A stretch of DNA of 50,718 nucleotides from Azolla caroliniana (Eukaryota; Plantae; Polypodiophyta). This document shows positions 19,539 to 29,944 of this stretch, in pieces. Every line of letters starts with the position of its first letter. Position 1 is the first letter of the stretch. A program made the translations under genes and the position numbers. The DNA is taken from positions 1 to 50,718 of the forward strand of contig JBHGNT010000219.1 of assembly GCA_043228905.1 (NCBI GenBank). Direction: 5' to 3'. Under the pieces are notes generated by a model, which ran no database searches, was not told the DNA's origin, and saw only the letters and a list, made by a program, of their open reading frames with translations.

Positions 19539-22500
19539 TATTTATTACCCCCTCTTCCATAACGGGCGAACTGTCCCGCGTATGGATTGATTTCAGTTCT
19601 CGACTTTCTAGGAACTTTCGTATCGTTAGCAGAAATCTCTTCAAGGGCCTCTTGGTCAATACGAGCAACCGTGTCATTCAACACTTGAATCGTAACTCCG
19701 AAGTTTCCGCTCAATATCTGATTTCTCATTTCATTCAGAGCATCTAACATTTGTGCTTGATAAGCAAGTCCCTGTTGAACAGCCGCTTTTGCTTCTTCGG
19801 CTTGTCTTGCGGTTCTTTCAGCTTCACGTCTTAATGCGCCTTCCCGGGCCTCAAACTGTGAAAGCGAAAGGTCTTTAGGATTGATATTATCCGTTCTTGA
19901 AATCAAGTAACGGTCTGCTTCAATCCCTACAAGGTTTGCGTCTTGTCCCTTATTGATTAACTCTCTTCGTTTGTTCTCGTTGTTCAACAAAGCGATTCCG
20001 AGTCTTTCATCTTCCCGGGCCGAAAAGACTGCCTTATCTTGTTCTTCGATAATTCGTCTTTCAAGTCCTTGCGCCTGTATTCCCAAAGCACCGACATAAC
20101 TTCGTTGAAGCTGTGGACTGTTCCTTAAAACTTGGGCCGGAAGATTACCTAAAATAGTAGCAACCGATTCAGCGTATGCTTCTTGGGCCTTCTGTCTTAC
20201 TTCGGGTGAAAGTCTTGCAGTTTCCGCTTCGTTCTTTCTAAACTCCGCATACTGGTCAACTGTCCCATCGCCTAAAGTAGTTTGAATAAGCTGTCCGTTA
20301 GGGCCTATCACTGTTGCCGTTCTTTTCCCTGCCGAAAAACCTTCAACGGCAAACCCGCTATTGATACTTGAAGCATCTCCAAAACCCGTTCTTGATTGAA
20401 GGTTGCTTAATTGTTTGAACGCTGTATCTAATGCTGAAACAGGTTGTCCTAACACTTCTGCGGCCCTCGCCCACAGTAAAGGTATTTGAGTAGCCGCGTC
20501 TATCGTGGCCCTTTGAATATCCAAGTATTCGTTTTCTTTTCGAGAAAGACCCGGGCCAAGACGAGCATCCCGTTCTGTGCTAATCTTATCCGTGATTTCT
20601 TGAACCTTTCCAAAATCTTGATATTCAAGTTTAAGTTCTTGAAGTTTGATTCTGTTAGTTTCAATCTTATCAAAGTAATTAACAGCATCATCGCCTAAAA
20701 AGGCCCACTGTTGACGCATACGAATTGCAGAAGTTTCACCGTCTGCAAATACTTTTACATAAGGATTATCTAAAGCAAGTCCCCCGCCAATCTCTTCAAT
20801 CAAACGGAAACTACCAAGAGCAGTTTCACGAAGTTTTTGAAGAGCAGTTGCTTGGTCGTTCACAATCTGCTGACGCTTTCTACGGGCCTCTTCTTCCTCT
20901 TGCTGTTCCCTGCGAACACGCTCTTCATACTGCTTACGTTTGAACTCTTCGTTCCTAAGTTCGTAAGCATCTTTTTGAGCATCTGTCCCTGCACCGACAA
21001 GTCCTATATTATCAATGAACTTTCTCCGACCCTCTTCTATTTTGAACTGGTCAGCAGAAATGCTTTCTCTTCTAAAGTCCCCTGCTCTCAAACCCGAACC
21101 GTTCGTAAGTAAGTTTCTAACATCTTGACTCGTTAAAGCACCCGGGCCAACTCTTGAGTCGTTTGTATAGAATCTCGCACGTCCTTCCTCGTTCGCTTTA
21201 GACTGCTCTTGAATCTGTAAAGCAAATGCAGAGTTTGATTTCTCAATGAGATTTAATTGAGCCTGTGCTTTTGCGCCATCAATTCCTAGAACACGTTCAC
21301 CGATTGCAGTAGCCGCGATTCCACCTGCAAGTCCCACACCTAAAGTAGCTAATGCGGGTAAAATCAAACTACCACCTGCAAGTCCCGCAAGACTCGAAGT
21401 AGCAAGTTTGCTAGATAATGCGCCACCTGCAACTGTCCCTGCTGCTGTCCCAAACGCACCACCGATTACCGACCCTGCAACTGTTAAGGTCGTTGTCACT
21501 AAAGACCCGGCTTGTAGTTTCTCTGCTACCAAGAAACCGACAGTCCCGCCGATTGCGCCACCGACAAGAAGGCCCGCATCTCCGCCACTTGCGCGTCCGG
21601 GAATATCGGGTCTTTGAAGTTGACTATATGGCCCTGCAATTCTTCCACTATCTCTTACTTCTTTTCTAGTGTAAGACTGATTAACGGATGCAACCGTTGA
21701 CCCTGTTACTTTCTCAATTCCAGTTCTGTAACTATCAGTGATTCTTTGGAAACCTTGACTGACAGATTTAACCAGTCCCGCTCTTGAGTTCTTAGCGGCT
21801 GTTTGAGCCGCCCCTTGGGCCGCACTTGTATCACCGTTAAATCTCGTTAAAGCAGATTGATATTCTTTATCGAACGTAGCAATTGATGATTGCTGTCTTG
21901 CTCTTCCTCGGCCCAAAAATCCTAACCCTGCGGTTGCTAATCCGCCTGTAAGTAAAGGGCCAAGATTGTTATTTAAGGCTGAAAGAATAGTTGCCCTTGA
22001 ACCAGTATTTGAATCCCGTCCAAAATTAAATACATCAGTATCGGTTATTTCACCGTTAGGGCCACTTCTTCCAAGAGTCGGCGGTTTCAAATCACCGATT
22101 CCTTTTGCCGAGTCAGAAATGCTCTTTGCAAGATTCTGCAAAGGTTTAAGTTCAAGAATCAACAGACCAATGTTTTCAGTCAAATCGGTAACTGCTTTTG
22201 ACGTAGCATCAAACTGGCCCGGTAGCGTAGCGGCCCTCTTAGCCGCTTCACCTTCAAACTTAGATGTTTGAGAGATGATAAAGTTCAAAGCAATTTGCTC
22301 TTTCTTGGCTTCGGTTAAACCTTGAACATATTTACCGACCCTTTGATTAAGAGTTTGGTATTTGTCCCCTTCATCGTTGATTCCAGTAAATCCGGCCGTG
22401 TCTGATTTTTGAACTTCGTTCTTAGCGTAGTCTTCATAAATCTCTTCAACCGTTTTTCCAAAGTTACGTTTGAAGAATTTCGATTCACGTCTTCTAAGCT

Positions 22501-24619
22501 GTTCAATTACGTCCCCGACTTTCCCTACATCTTCACCTCGGGCCGCCGTTAAGTTCAAAGCAAGGCGGGTCAATGCTTCTGTTTGCTGTGGACTTTCTTC
22601 TGTAAAACGGGCCGCTTCAATTACAGCAGTTCGGCCTTCTTGACGTGACAAACCCAAAGGTCGAAGTGATTCGACCAGTTGTTGATTAGCTTGTAAATTT
22701 CCACCCGCCGTTTTAGTTGCAAACTCTAATGCTCTTCCAAAGTCTAGGGCCTGTTTCCCTGCTTGAAAAGCATTTTGAGTATATTCAACTAATCCGTAAG
22801 AAGCACGAGAAACAACTTCATACAAAAGAATGTTTCTTGTAATACGACCTAAAGCATCGGCAGTAGTAAAGAAACCTTTCTCGTTAATAGCACCGCGTCC
22901 ATTATTCGGCCCATTTGGGCCTCCGCCAAAACCACCCGGAACAACAGGAACACCCGGCCCGTTAGTTAGTTGCTGTTGTTTGAGAGTTCTTAATCTCTCA
23001 ATAGCTTTGTTGGTTTCCAGTTCAATAGCTTTCAAATCCTTAACAACTAAATCACGAGTTCGGGACATAGTTGCGGGACTAGAAAGTTCTGTCTTCAATG
23101 CTTTTGCTCTAAGATTCAAAGACGCTAATTGATTCCCTAAAGAATCGAACTGCCCTCTTAATTCCGGCCCAATCTTTAATCTCTTAGAGTTAATCTCTGT
23201 CTGAATACGAATATATTTATCTCTAAACGTATCAAGAGATTTAATTACACCCTCTCTATAAGTAAACTCTTCTTTAGAAGGCCCAAATTGAGAAGTTCTC
23301 GTAGAGTTAGCAAGACTGATAAAACCTTTCTTGTTTGCTTGAACGTCTGCATACTTTTCAGCTTGCCGAACAGTATTAGTTCTATTAGCTTGTAAAGTTT
23401 GAAGGTCACGGGCCGCATCTCTTTGTCTTTTTTGTTCCCTTTCTTCTTCTCGTAAACGGATTTGCTCACTGGCAATCTGTTCTTCACGTTGCCGTCTTCG
23501 GGCCACTCGTTGCGCTCTTAACTCGACTGCTGTTTCATCCCTAAATCTTTGAGTCGTAGGGTCGTTAATAGCGGCCGGGTCAAAACGTGCATTACGGAAA
23601 AGTCTTCTCTGATTAGTATAGTCCCTATTCGGATTTATAGAAGTAGATAAGGTATTAACTTGTTCTCTTCTACGGGCCGCTAAGTCTTGTAACTGACGGT
23701 TGTATTCTCTTTCATCCGTCAGTTCTCTTTCCCGTCTTTGTCGCTGACGTTCCAATCTTTGATTTTCCCGTTGCGCTCTTACATCAAGGGCCGTTTCTTC
23801 TCTAAACCGTCTTGTTGTAGGGTCGTTAATAGCGGCCGGGTCAAAACGTGCATTACGAAGCAAACGTCTTTGATAAGTTAAATCAGTGTTACCTATTGTC
23901 CCTTGTCGGTCAACAACTTCTTGTCTTCTTTGAGTGCGGTATGTAATGCCATAATTTTCTTTGGCCCTTCTTTCCGCAGACTCTCTTTCTTTTCTATCAA
24001 GATACTGCAAATGACGAACAATCCCTTCCCTTTCTTTTTGAAGACGATTTTCTTGGTCTTGAATACCACGTTGGTTGATTCTTTCATTTAACGCACGTCT
24101 TCTTTCTAAAGTAGCACGTTGAAGGGCCTCTTCTCTTTGAAACCTTTGCTCAAGTAAAGTTGCGGGATTTTTCCCGGCTCTAACATCAGCGTCCCTTTCT
24201 GCTCGTATGATAGCATTTTCTCTTGCAGTTTTTTTAACTATCTCATTAAGTTTTCTGCTGTGTCTTTCTTCTTCTTTTTCAATTTCGCTAAGTTCGGACT
24301 TTCTGATACCGACACGCTTGCGGGACTGTGTTTCGACAATACGGGTAGCTTCAATCTGTTTTTGTGTAAACAGCCGTAATTGTTCACCCGCTTTAGGGAA
24401 CAACTCTTGTTGGTCGGGGTTGTTTCGGGCCGGATTCTTTTGCACCGCGTCCAGTTTGCGTTTATAGGTTGATAGTGAACGGTCAAGGCCCGCAGGAAGC
24501 TGTTCAATCCCCGAAATGATTGCTTTGATTTCCGAACGGATAGACCTTAAATCAGAAAGGACGTTGGCCCCGCCTTCGAGGTCAACGCCCAATCCTACAC
24601 GATTTGTTTCGTTATTCAT
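19538..24619 (-). CDS. Tail tape measure protein
   Basis: 1693 aa, coiled-coil and Ala/Gly-rich hydrophobic segments; follows the tail tube and chaperone genes. Confidence 0.92.
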   Translation of the reverse strand: MNNETNRVGLGVDLEGGANVLSDLRSIRSEIKAIISGIEQLPAGLDRSLSTYKRKLDAVQKNPARNNPDQQELFPKAGEQLRLFTQKQIEATRIVETQSRKRVGIRKSELSEIEKEEERHSRKLNEIVKKTARENAIIRAERDADVRAGKNPATLLEQRFQREEALQRATLERRRALNERINQRGIQDQENRLQKEREGIVRHLQYLDRKERESAERRAKENYGITYRTQRRQEVVDRQGTIGNTDLTYQRRLLRNARFDPAAINDPTTRRFREETALDVRAQRENQRLERQRQRRERELTDEREYNRQLQDLAARRREQVNTLSTSINPNRDYTNQRRLFRNARFDPAAINDPTTQRFRDETAVELRAQRVARRRQREEQIASEQIRLREEEREQKRQRDAARDLQTLQANRTNTVRQAEKYADVQANKKGFISLANSTRTSQFGPSKEEFTYREGVIKSLDTFRDKYIRIQTEINSKRLKIGPELRGQFDSLGNQLASLNLRAKALKTELSSPATMSRTRDLVVKDLKAIELETNKAIERLRTLKQQQLTNGPGVPVVPGGFGGGPNGPNNGRGAINEKGFFTTADALGRITRNILLYEVVSRASYGLVEYTQNAFQAGKQALDFGRALEFATKTAGGNLQANQQLVESLRPLGLSRQEGRTAVIEAARFTEESPQQTEALTRLALNLTAARGEDVGKVGDVIEQLRRRESKFFKRNFGKTVEEIYEDYAKNEVQKSDTAGFTGINDEGDKYQTLNQRVGKYVQGLTEAKKEQIALNFIISQTSKFEGEAAKRAATLPGQFDATSKAVTDLTENIGLLILELKPLQNLAKSISDSAKGIGDLKPPTLGRSGPNGEITDTDVFNFGRDSNTGSRATILSALNNNLGPLLTGGLATAGLGFLGRGRARQQSSIATFDKEYQSALTRFNGDTSAAQGAAQTAAKNSRAGLVKSVSQGFQRITDSYRTGIEKVTGSTVASVNQSYTRKEVRDSGRIAGPYSQLQRPDIPGRASGGDAGLLVGGAIGGTVGFLVAEKLQAGSLVTTTLTVAGSVIGGAFGTAAGTVAGGALSSKLATSSLAGLAGGSLILPALATLGVGLAGGIAATAIGERVLGIDGAKAQAQLNLIEKSNSAFALQIQEQSKANEEGRARFYTNDSRVGPGALTSQDVRNLLTNGSGLRAGDFRRESISADQFKIEEGRRKFIDNIGLVGAGTDAQKDAYELRNEEFKRKQYEERVRREQQEEEEARRKRQQIVNDQATALQKLRETALGSFRLIEEIGGGLALDNPYVKVFADGETSAIRMRQQWAFLGDDAVNYFDKIETNRIKLQELKLEYQDFGKVQEITDKISTERDARLGPGLSRKENEYLDIQRATIDAATQIPLLWARAAEVLGQPVSALDTAFKQLSNLQSRTGFGDASSINSGFAVEGFSAGKRTATVIGPNGQLIQTTLGDGTVDQYAEFRKNEAETARLSPEVRQKAQEAYAESVATILGNLPAQVLRNSPQLQRSYVGALGIQAQGLERRIIEEQDKAVFSAREDERLGIALLNNENKRRELINKGQDANLVGIEADRYLISRTDNINPKDLSLSQFEAREGALRREAERTARQAEEAKAAVQQGLAYQAQMLDALNEMRNQILSGNFGVTIQVLNDTVARIDQEALEEISANDTKVPRKSRTEINPYAGQFARYGRGGNK
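23556..23857. repeat. Exact 41-bp direct repeat in the tape measure gene
   Basis: GTAGGGTCGTTAATAGCGGCCGGGTCAAAACGTGCATTACG at 23556 and 23817 (261 bp apart), encoding RNARFDPAAINDPT twice. Confidence 0.9.
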
Positions 24620-25062
24620 TAGTCGAAATCTCCATCGTCTTGCGTGAACTTGGTTCTAGTAGCAGGGGCCGGGGTGTAATTAGTCCCTATCTTAACTTTA
24701 GCAAATTCATCTCTGTATATTCCAACCAAAAGGGAAGTAGTAATATACCACTTTTTACTCTTCCCTTTTGTAGATTGACTTAGGGCCGCTACTTCGTTGA
24801 CCAGTCGTAACATTGTTTTCATATTCCATCGTGAGTTTTCCTCTCGGTTTCCTATTTTAACAAGTTCCTTTTCCAGTTCTTTTAAGTAAATGGCCCTCTG
24901 TATCGTGTATTCGCAAGTGCTACACCCTTTTCTTGGTTCTGCATTTCTTCTAGTGCAAGTGGATTGCCACTCATTGCAATTAAGATATGCAGGGCCTAAT
25001 TTAGCAACACGGTTTTGAAAGTAAATGAACTTTCGGGCCGCTACTCTAAATTTACTTACGAA
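24619..25062 (-). CDS. Tail assembly chaperone frameshift extension (gpT-like)
   Basis: Frame is open from 25077 to 24619 with no ATG until 24822; reached from the chaperone by a +1 shift at TTT-CGT; contains C-x6-C...CxxC. Confidence 0.7.
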   Translation of the reverse strand, partial: FVSKFRVAARKFIYFQNRVAKLGPAYLNCNEWQSTCTRRNAEPRKGCSTCEYTIQRAIYLKELEKELVKIGNREENSRWNMKTMLRLVNEVAALSQSTKGKSKKWYITTSLLVGIYRDEFAKVKIGTNYTPAPATRTKFTQDDGDFD

Positions 25063-25522
25063 AAGAACGCGGTGTGATCACGTTCCAGTATGCTCTAACG
25101 GCGTGTTTAATAACGATGTCCAAGATAATCTTAGCATCGCCGTTAGCTTTATTATAGTATGCACGAAAAGCATCGCCCGGGCCTGTTCCTGTGTCAGTAA
25201 GACCTTCAAATCCTCTTGGGCCTGTTGCAAGTAAATCGCAAAGTTCATCTAAGGCTTGCGAAGTTTCATTCACAGTTTGATTGAACGGGGACTGTGCAAG
25301 GTAATCTTGCCGTCTGTCTTCTGCTTCATCGGAAAGGCTCAATTTGAAATCAAATTCAAAAGGCTCAAAATCGGGTAACAGTTGCGGTAAATCAAGGGCC
25401 AAAGTTACAACTGGTTTCTTAATGTCCAAAGAGAATCTGCTAACTGCTTTAACAGTTTCTTTTGGTTTTTCTGTTTTTGTTTCCACTTCCAACACGTTTA
25501 CATTTTCTAATTCGTTTGACAT
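25052..25522 (-). CDS. Tail assembly chaperone (gpG-like)
   Basis: 156 aa between the tail tube and tape measure genes; AAGGA SD. Confidence 0.75.
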   Translation of the reverse strand: MSNELENVNVLEVETKTEKPKETVKAVSRFSLDIKKPVVTLALDLPQLLPDFEPFEFDFKLSLSDEAEDRRQDYLAQSPFNQTVNETSQALDELCDLLATGPRGFEGLTDTGTGPGDAFRAYYNKANGDAKIILDIVIKHAVRAYWNVITPRSFRK

Positions 25523-25546
25523 TGCTTTATCCTTATAATGTTTGTA

Positions 25547-25569
25547 GCGGGGCCAATTAACGGCCCCGC
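25547..25569 (-). terminator. Hairpin after the tail tube gene (weak terminator or mRNA stabiliser)
   Basis: GCGGGGCC-N7-GGCCCCGC, no strong U tract. Confidence 0.45.
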
Positions 25570-25599
25570 GAATTACTCTTTACAGAGTTTCCTTTTGTG

Positions 25600-26898
25600 T
25601 TATGCGCTAATCAAAAACGCCACGTTTTGTTTAGATACCGCAGTCACACTAATCGGGGTTGAAGAAACCCCGCTCACTTTTTTGGGCCGGACTTGAATAG
25701 AGATTTCAGATTCGGAAGGGTCGCCACCGAATCGAATTTTCTCTGATGCAAGTTTAACAATCGCTTGCGGTGCGGAAAATAAAACATTCCGTCCTACAAG
25801 TCCTACTCTAAGGCCCGCGTTCAATGTCGTTCTTGCTTCCGCGACATTATATAAAGCGTCCCCGGGTTCACCTAATACGAACATCGTTATATCAAGTGTT
25901 CTTTGGTCGGCCCTTTCAAGTCGGGTTACTTCGATACCCGAACCATCATATTGCGGGACAACATTGTTTGAGTAGTTGTATGAAAACTCACGGCCCAAGT
26001 TTTGAGCAATGTAATCAACACCACCGATAAGCATTTGACAGTCCCCAAAACGAATTGGAAGAATGTCACTACACGGGGGCATCGTGTAGCCTGTTGCATA
26101 ATCAAGGTCTGCTGACCCCATTAACTCAAAACTAGCTGTTACCCTGTTTCTTGAAGAACTGGTAACACTCATAGAGTTTACCACAACATTCTTAAAAATA
26201 ACAGGTTGCTTGTCAGACCCCCTAAAACCTACATAAAGAGTCATCAAAGGTAATGATACGCCAGTTGTTCTTGAAATAGCGTGTGATTGGCCCACGCCCG
26301 GGGTAGTTTCAACAATCGTTGCAGAACCACCAGTTAATGAAAAAGTATTGACGACAATCAAAGCGATGTCTTGAGTCCCGAACTCTTCTCCCGCCGTGAT
26401 AACATAAGGCCCTGTTCCCGTAACAACCAAATCATCAGTTCCTACGTTTGACAACAACTCAAGGGCCGCTTGAATAGCGGCCGCGTTTGCGTTGTAAGCA
26501 ATGGGCGCGGTTGTTTGTGCGTTTGCACCAACCATCACAGTTAGCGTGTATGTCCCGCCAGTTGCAGTAATGGTTAATGTTTGAACTTCATCAGTTCCGC
26601 CCGAGGGACTAGCAGCTACACCTTTTGCAAATGCAGTCATACCCGCAAGAATGTCGGGGTCAACATCCATATCAATTTGAAGACGGGCAACACGGCCCGT
26701 AACCAATTCGATAAGCAAATCTTCACCTGTGCAATCGAGAATATCCTCGGTTGTTTCATCGGTGTTAATGTAGTTACGAGATGTTGCCGGAAAAGCAGAA
26801 ATCAAATCGGCCCCGTCCCTTGGAACGTCCCAACCACTCTGTCTTCCGAACAACGGGTCGTAACCTATTGTTAATTGTGAACTACGTCTTGTTGACAT
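25600..26898 (-). CDS. Major tail tube protein with an inserted accessory domain
   Basis: Position and AGGAG SD; internal insert DEVQTLTITATGGTYTL..TTAPIAYNANAAAIQAALE of a type seen in phage tail proteins. Confidence 0.8.
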   Translation of the reverse strand: MSTRRSSQLTIGYDPLFGRQSGWDVPRDGADLISAFPATSRNYINTDETTEDILDCTGEDLLIELVTGRVARLQIDMDVDPDILAGMTAFAKGVAASPSGGTDEVQTLTITATGGTYTLTVMVGANAQTTAPIAYNANAAAIQAALELLSNVGTDDLVVTGTGPYVITAGEEFGTQDIALIVVNTFSLTGGSATIVETTPGVGQSHAISRTTGVSLPLMTLYVGFRGSDKQPVIFKNVVVNSMSVTSSSRNRVTASFELMGSADLDYATGYTMPPCSDILPIRFGDCQMLIGGVDYIAQNLGREFSYNYSNNVVPQYDGSGIEVTRLERADQRTLDITMFVLGEPGDALYNVAEARTTLNAGLRVGLVGRNVLFSAPQAIVKLASEKIRFGGDPSESEISIQVRPKKVSGVSSTPISVTAVSKQNVAFLISA

Positions 26899-26917
26899 TT
26901 AATTTATCTCCTTTTGA

Positions 26918-27247
26918 TTACTTCTTACCTAACTCACGATAGAATTTGTATGTCCCTTGATATTGAGTGATAAGACGGGCCGCGTGTTCGGTATAGAAAC
27001 CGTTCCTTTGGTCTTCTTCACTCGGCATTTCGATAGTTATGTCCCTATCCATATTGATTACCCCATCAACGGTAATAGGTTTGGCCTTTCCCGCAAGAAT
27101 GACATTCGGTTTTTGTTGTGCAGATTTTGTTCCCATATTAGGGACTTCATCTTCTTCAACAAATTCCGCTTGAATTTCATTTGCAAAAGTTGAAGGGACT
27201 TCAGTTGTCCCTAAGATTTCTTTTTCCATTGAATTTAATTCATTCAT
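26918..27247 (-). CDS. Hypothetical protein
   Basis: 109 aa in the neck region. Confidence 0.65.
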   Translation of the reverse strand: MNELNSMEKEILGTTEVPSTFANEIQAEFVEEDEVPNMGTKSAQQKPNVILAGKAKPITVDGVINMDRDITIEMPSEEDQRNGFYTEHAARLITQYQGTYKFYRELGKK

Positions 27248-27774
27248 ACTAATACTCCTGTTACTTTAATTGTAAGCGTCCAATCGGATGCGTGTTGCTT
27301 CCCGCCCGTTTCATCATCCTCTAATGTCGTTGCGGAAATTTGTTGTAAATACTCGTGGACACAGTTTTCATATCCAAGAGTTCTGTTAAACTTAAAGGCC
27401 CGTCTTGCCTTCATATACAAAGCAATTGCAAGTTCACTTGAATTGTTGAATAAAAGGCCCGTCTTCTTCCATTCATCAACTACTTCAAGGTCGTAAGTGA
27501 TAGGGTATGTAAAAGTCAACTGTGTGCAATGGTCTGACGTATATTCTTGCTCTTCCACAGTCGGAATACCTATCTCAATCAAGTTCAATCTTTTTCGGTT
27601 AGGGTTTACAGGGTCGAGGACAGTAGACAACTCTTCGTCCCTTTCATCAGACTCGGGAAATCTCTGTCTGTCATAGACTCTACCTACACCCGCTACACCT
27701 TCAAGAATAGATTTCATTGCTACCCGAAGGGCCTTCTCTAATAAAACTTCGTCACTAGGTAATGGTGTTGACAT
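27244..27774 (-). CDS. Putative tail terminator / completion protein
   Basis: 176 aa; synteny upstream of the tail tube gene. Confidence 0.55.
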   Translation of the reverse strand: MSTPLPSDEVLLEKALRVAMKSILEGVAGVGRVYDRQRFPESDERDEELSTVLDPVNPNRKRLNLIEIGIPTVEEQEYTSDHCTQLTFTYPITYDLEVVDEWKKTGLLFNNSSELAIALYMKARRAFKFNRTLGYENCVHEYLQQISATTLEDDETGGKQHASDWTLTIKVTGVLV

Positions 27775-27775
27775 A

Positions 27776-28435
27776 TTATTTCGTCCTGTTAATTTCGTTT
27801 ACTGCCCGGCTAATAGCGTTCTTGACTTCTCTTATTATTCGGGCCTTATTTGCTTCAAGAGTTTTAGTATTCCAAGCATTTGCTTTGATACCTTTTTCAT
27901 ATACGGCCCTTGCAACTAAGAAAGCAAACCGTCTAATGTTAGCTTTCTTTCTCGCACGTCTTTTGTCAGCTTTACTTTTAGGGCCTTTCTTCTCAAGATT
28001 ACTGTCATCAATTCTTTTTCGTCTAAGATTAGTGACAGGCTTATTATCGTTCTTTCGGGACAAGTGAAAAATACTTCTTGGAGTATTCTTTCCTTGTCCC
28101 TTAAACCCGCCTTGTTTGAGTTTCCTTTCAGTCCAAGCATAAATTCTTGAACCTTCTTTGAAAGGCGGGAACGTCCCCGGCTTTAATCCATAAGCATCAA
28201 TAAATGCTTGAACAACTTCTGAATACACATCGAGAGAATAACTAATAGGTTTCCCGTGAACAAGAATTTTAAGGGACTTTCTCTGTCCGCCTAAATCATT
28301 ACGCATCTTAGTTCGGGCCGACCTTCTCAAGTGTTTACCTAAAGACTCAAGGCCCCCGCGTAAGTTTCTTGCAAGAATATTAGGGGCATTTTGAATCCCT
28401 GCAATATTGGTTTTCTTGTTTCTAAATCTTATCAT
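27776..28435 (-). CDS. Basic neck / tail-completion protein (HK97 gp10-like position)
   Basis: Highly basic; G..PG..PP and AFLVARAVYEKG motifs typical of this neck class. Confidence 0.6.
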   Translation of the reverse strand: MIRFRNKKTNIAGIQNAPNILARNLRGGLESLGKHLRRSARTKMRNDLGGQRKSLKILVHGKPISYSLDVYSEVVQAFIDAYGLKPGTFPPFKEGSRIYAWTERKLKQGGFKGQGKNTPRSIFHLSRKNDNKPVTNLRRKRIDDSNLEKKGPKSKADKRRARKKANIRRFAFLVARAVYEKGIKANAWNTKTLEANKARIIREVKNAISRAVNEINRTK

Positions 28436-28833
28436 CGGTTATTAAAATACGTCTTTCTAAGTATTCTCTCTGTGCAAGTGATAACAAAGACTTGGGCCTC
28501 ATTCTCTGCGGGTTTCTCTACCTTGTTTATTCGGTAATAAGTCCCTTCTAAATTTATATGTAAGTCATCTTCCCGAAAGACAGATAAAAGGTCTGACTGT
28601 AAATCAGCAACGGAAAAAATAACTGATTGACCGTCACCATCTTCTTTCTCGTCCCCGTTGGTTCTGTCGAATCCATCAGTTATCGTTTTGATAATTCTCC
28701 ATCCGTTAATGTCCCCTGTGTCGCCATCAGATACTACAAAAGACATTTGCGGTTTCCCTAGTTTTAAGAGATTAGAAATATTAAGACTAATCCCTCTAAT
28801 CTGTGTTTGTATCGGTATTAGTGGGCCGCTCAT
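28432..28833 (-). CDS. Putative head closure protein
   Basis: 133 aa, EGTYYRINKV..VITC beta pattern; synteny. Confidence 0.5.
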   Translation of the reverse strand: MSGPLIPIQTQIRGISLNISNLLKLGKPQMSFVVSDGDTGDINGWRIIKTITDGFDRTNGDEKEDGDGQSVIFSVADLQSDLLSVFREDDLHINLEGTYYRINKVEKPAENEAQVFVITCTERILRKTYFNNR

Positions 28834-29252
28834 AATATTAAATTAACATCTGCCGATTCGCCCGGAATTATTATCTTGCAAATCGTTCTTTGAACAACCG
28901 CCCAATTTACAGGGCCGTTGTTGAAACTTAACTCATACATAATGTTCAATACATCTAACGCCAGTTCGTCCCAATTTCGTTTTGTATCGAAGTATGACTT
29001 TGCTTTATCCGTTCCCTCGTCGGTAACTACTAAAGAAGGAAGTTTACTTAAAGCAGTCAACACAGCTTTAAGGGCCTGTGTTTTAACAGTAGGTGTCGTT
29101 TTCTCTAAAGTTAAAACGGCAGATAGTCCGGGCCATCTACCCGGACTATCTGCATAAGACTTGTAACTTCTAACTAACAATTCAAGGGCCAATTGTTGTT
29201 CATCGGTTATGGCAGTTGCGTCTTCTGCCATTATCATTTCAAGAGTTATCAT
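28830..29252 (-). CDS. Putative head-tail adaptor
   Basis: 140 aa, helical; synteny after the capsid gene. Confidence 0.5.
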   Translation of the reverse strand: MITLEMIMAEDATAITDEQQLALELLVRSYKSYADSPGRWPGLSAVLTLEKTTPTVKTQALKAVLTALSKLPSLVVTDEGTDKAKSYFDTKRNWDELALDVLNIMYELSFNNGPVNWAVVQRTICKIIIPGESADVNLIL

Positions 29253-29273
29253 TTCAAGTCCCTCGTTATATTA

Positions 29274-29876
29274 TTATGGATTTACTTTAACTTTCAAAGT
29301 CGCTTTATCATCAGCAACTTTAGCCCGGGCCAACTCATCCGGCGATTTAACGTCTTTCAAGTCGTTTGAATCATCTTTAGATTTTGATTCAGCACTCGCT
29401 TTAAGACGTTCAAGTTCCGCTTCTGCTTCGATGCGGGCCATTTTCTCTCTGCGAACCAGTTCGCTTTCGGTTTCCGGGGTTACTTGAACAAAGTTCGATT
29501 TCGACTCTTCGCTATCCGCAAGACGAACGGCCCCGAGTTCGAGGAATCGTTTCAAATCTTTAGCAGACTTTTCTTTGTCATTGCCCCAATGCTTCGTTAA
29601 ACTTGAAGCAGGGACAACCATACCTTGCGAAAAGCTAAGAACAATGTTATGTAAAATAACAAACATTGGCCCGGAATCCGCTTTTACCTGTGATGCTTCA
29701 TTTGACTGTTCATCGTAATCAGATAATTTACCAAGGCCCGGAATAGTTACATCCTTAGACAATTCCTTGTTAGGAACAAGGGACGCGCCCGGTGCGTCTT
29801 GAATTTGAACCGTGTTTTTCAATTCGGTCTTCTCATTAACAATCGTTTGTGATTCTGTAAATGGTGCTTCGTTCAT
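29274..29876 (-). CDS. Hypothetical protein following the major capsid gene
   Basis: GAGG SD, 200 aa. Confidence 0.7.
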   Translation of the reverse strand: MNEAPFTESQTIVNEKTELKNTVQIQDAPGASLVPNKELSKDVTIPGLGKLSDYDEQSNEASQVKADSGPMFVILHNIVLSFSQGMVVPASSLTKHWGNDKEKSAKDLKRFLELGAVRLADSEESKSNFVQVTPETESELVRREKMARIEAEAELERLKASAESKSKDDSNDLKDVKSPDELARAKVADDKATLKVKVNP

Positions 29877-29901
29877 TTTATTATATCCTCTTAATAGTTA
29901 T

Positions 29902-29925
29902 AAAAGGGCCTATTAAGACCCTTTT
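29902..29925 (-). terminator. Terminator after the major capsid gene
   Basis: Minus strand AAAAGGGTC-TTAATA-GGCCCTTTT. Confidence 0.7.
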
Positions 29926-29944
29926 GGTTATGATTGATTACGCC

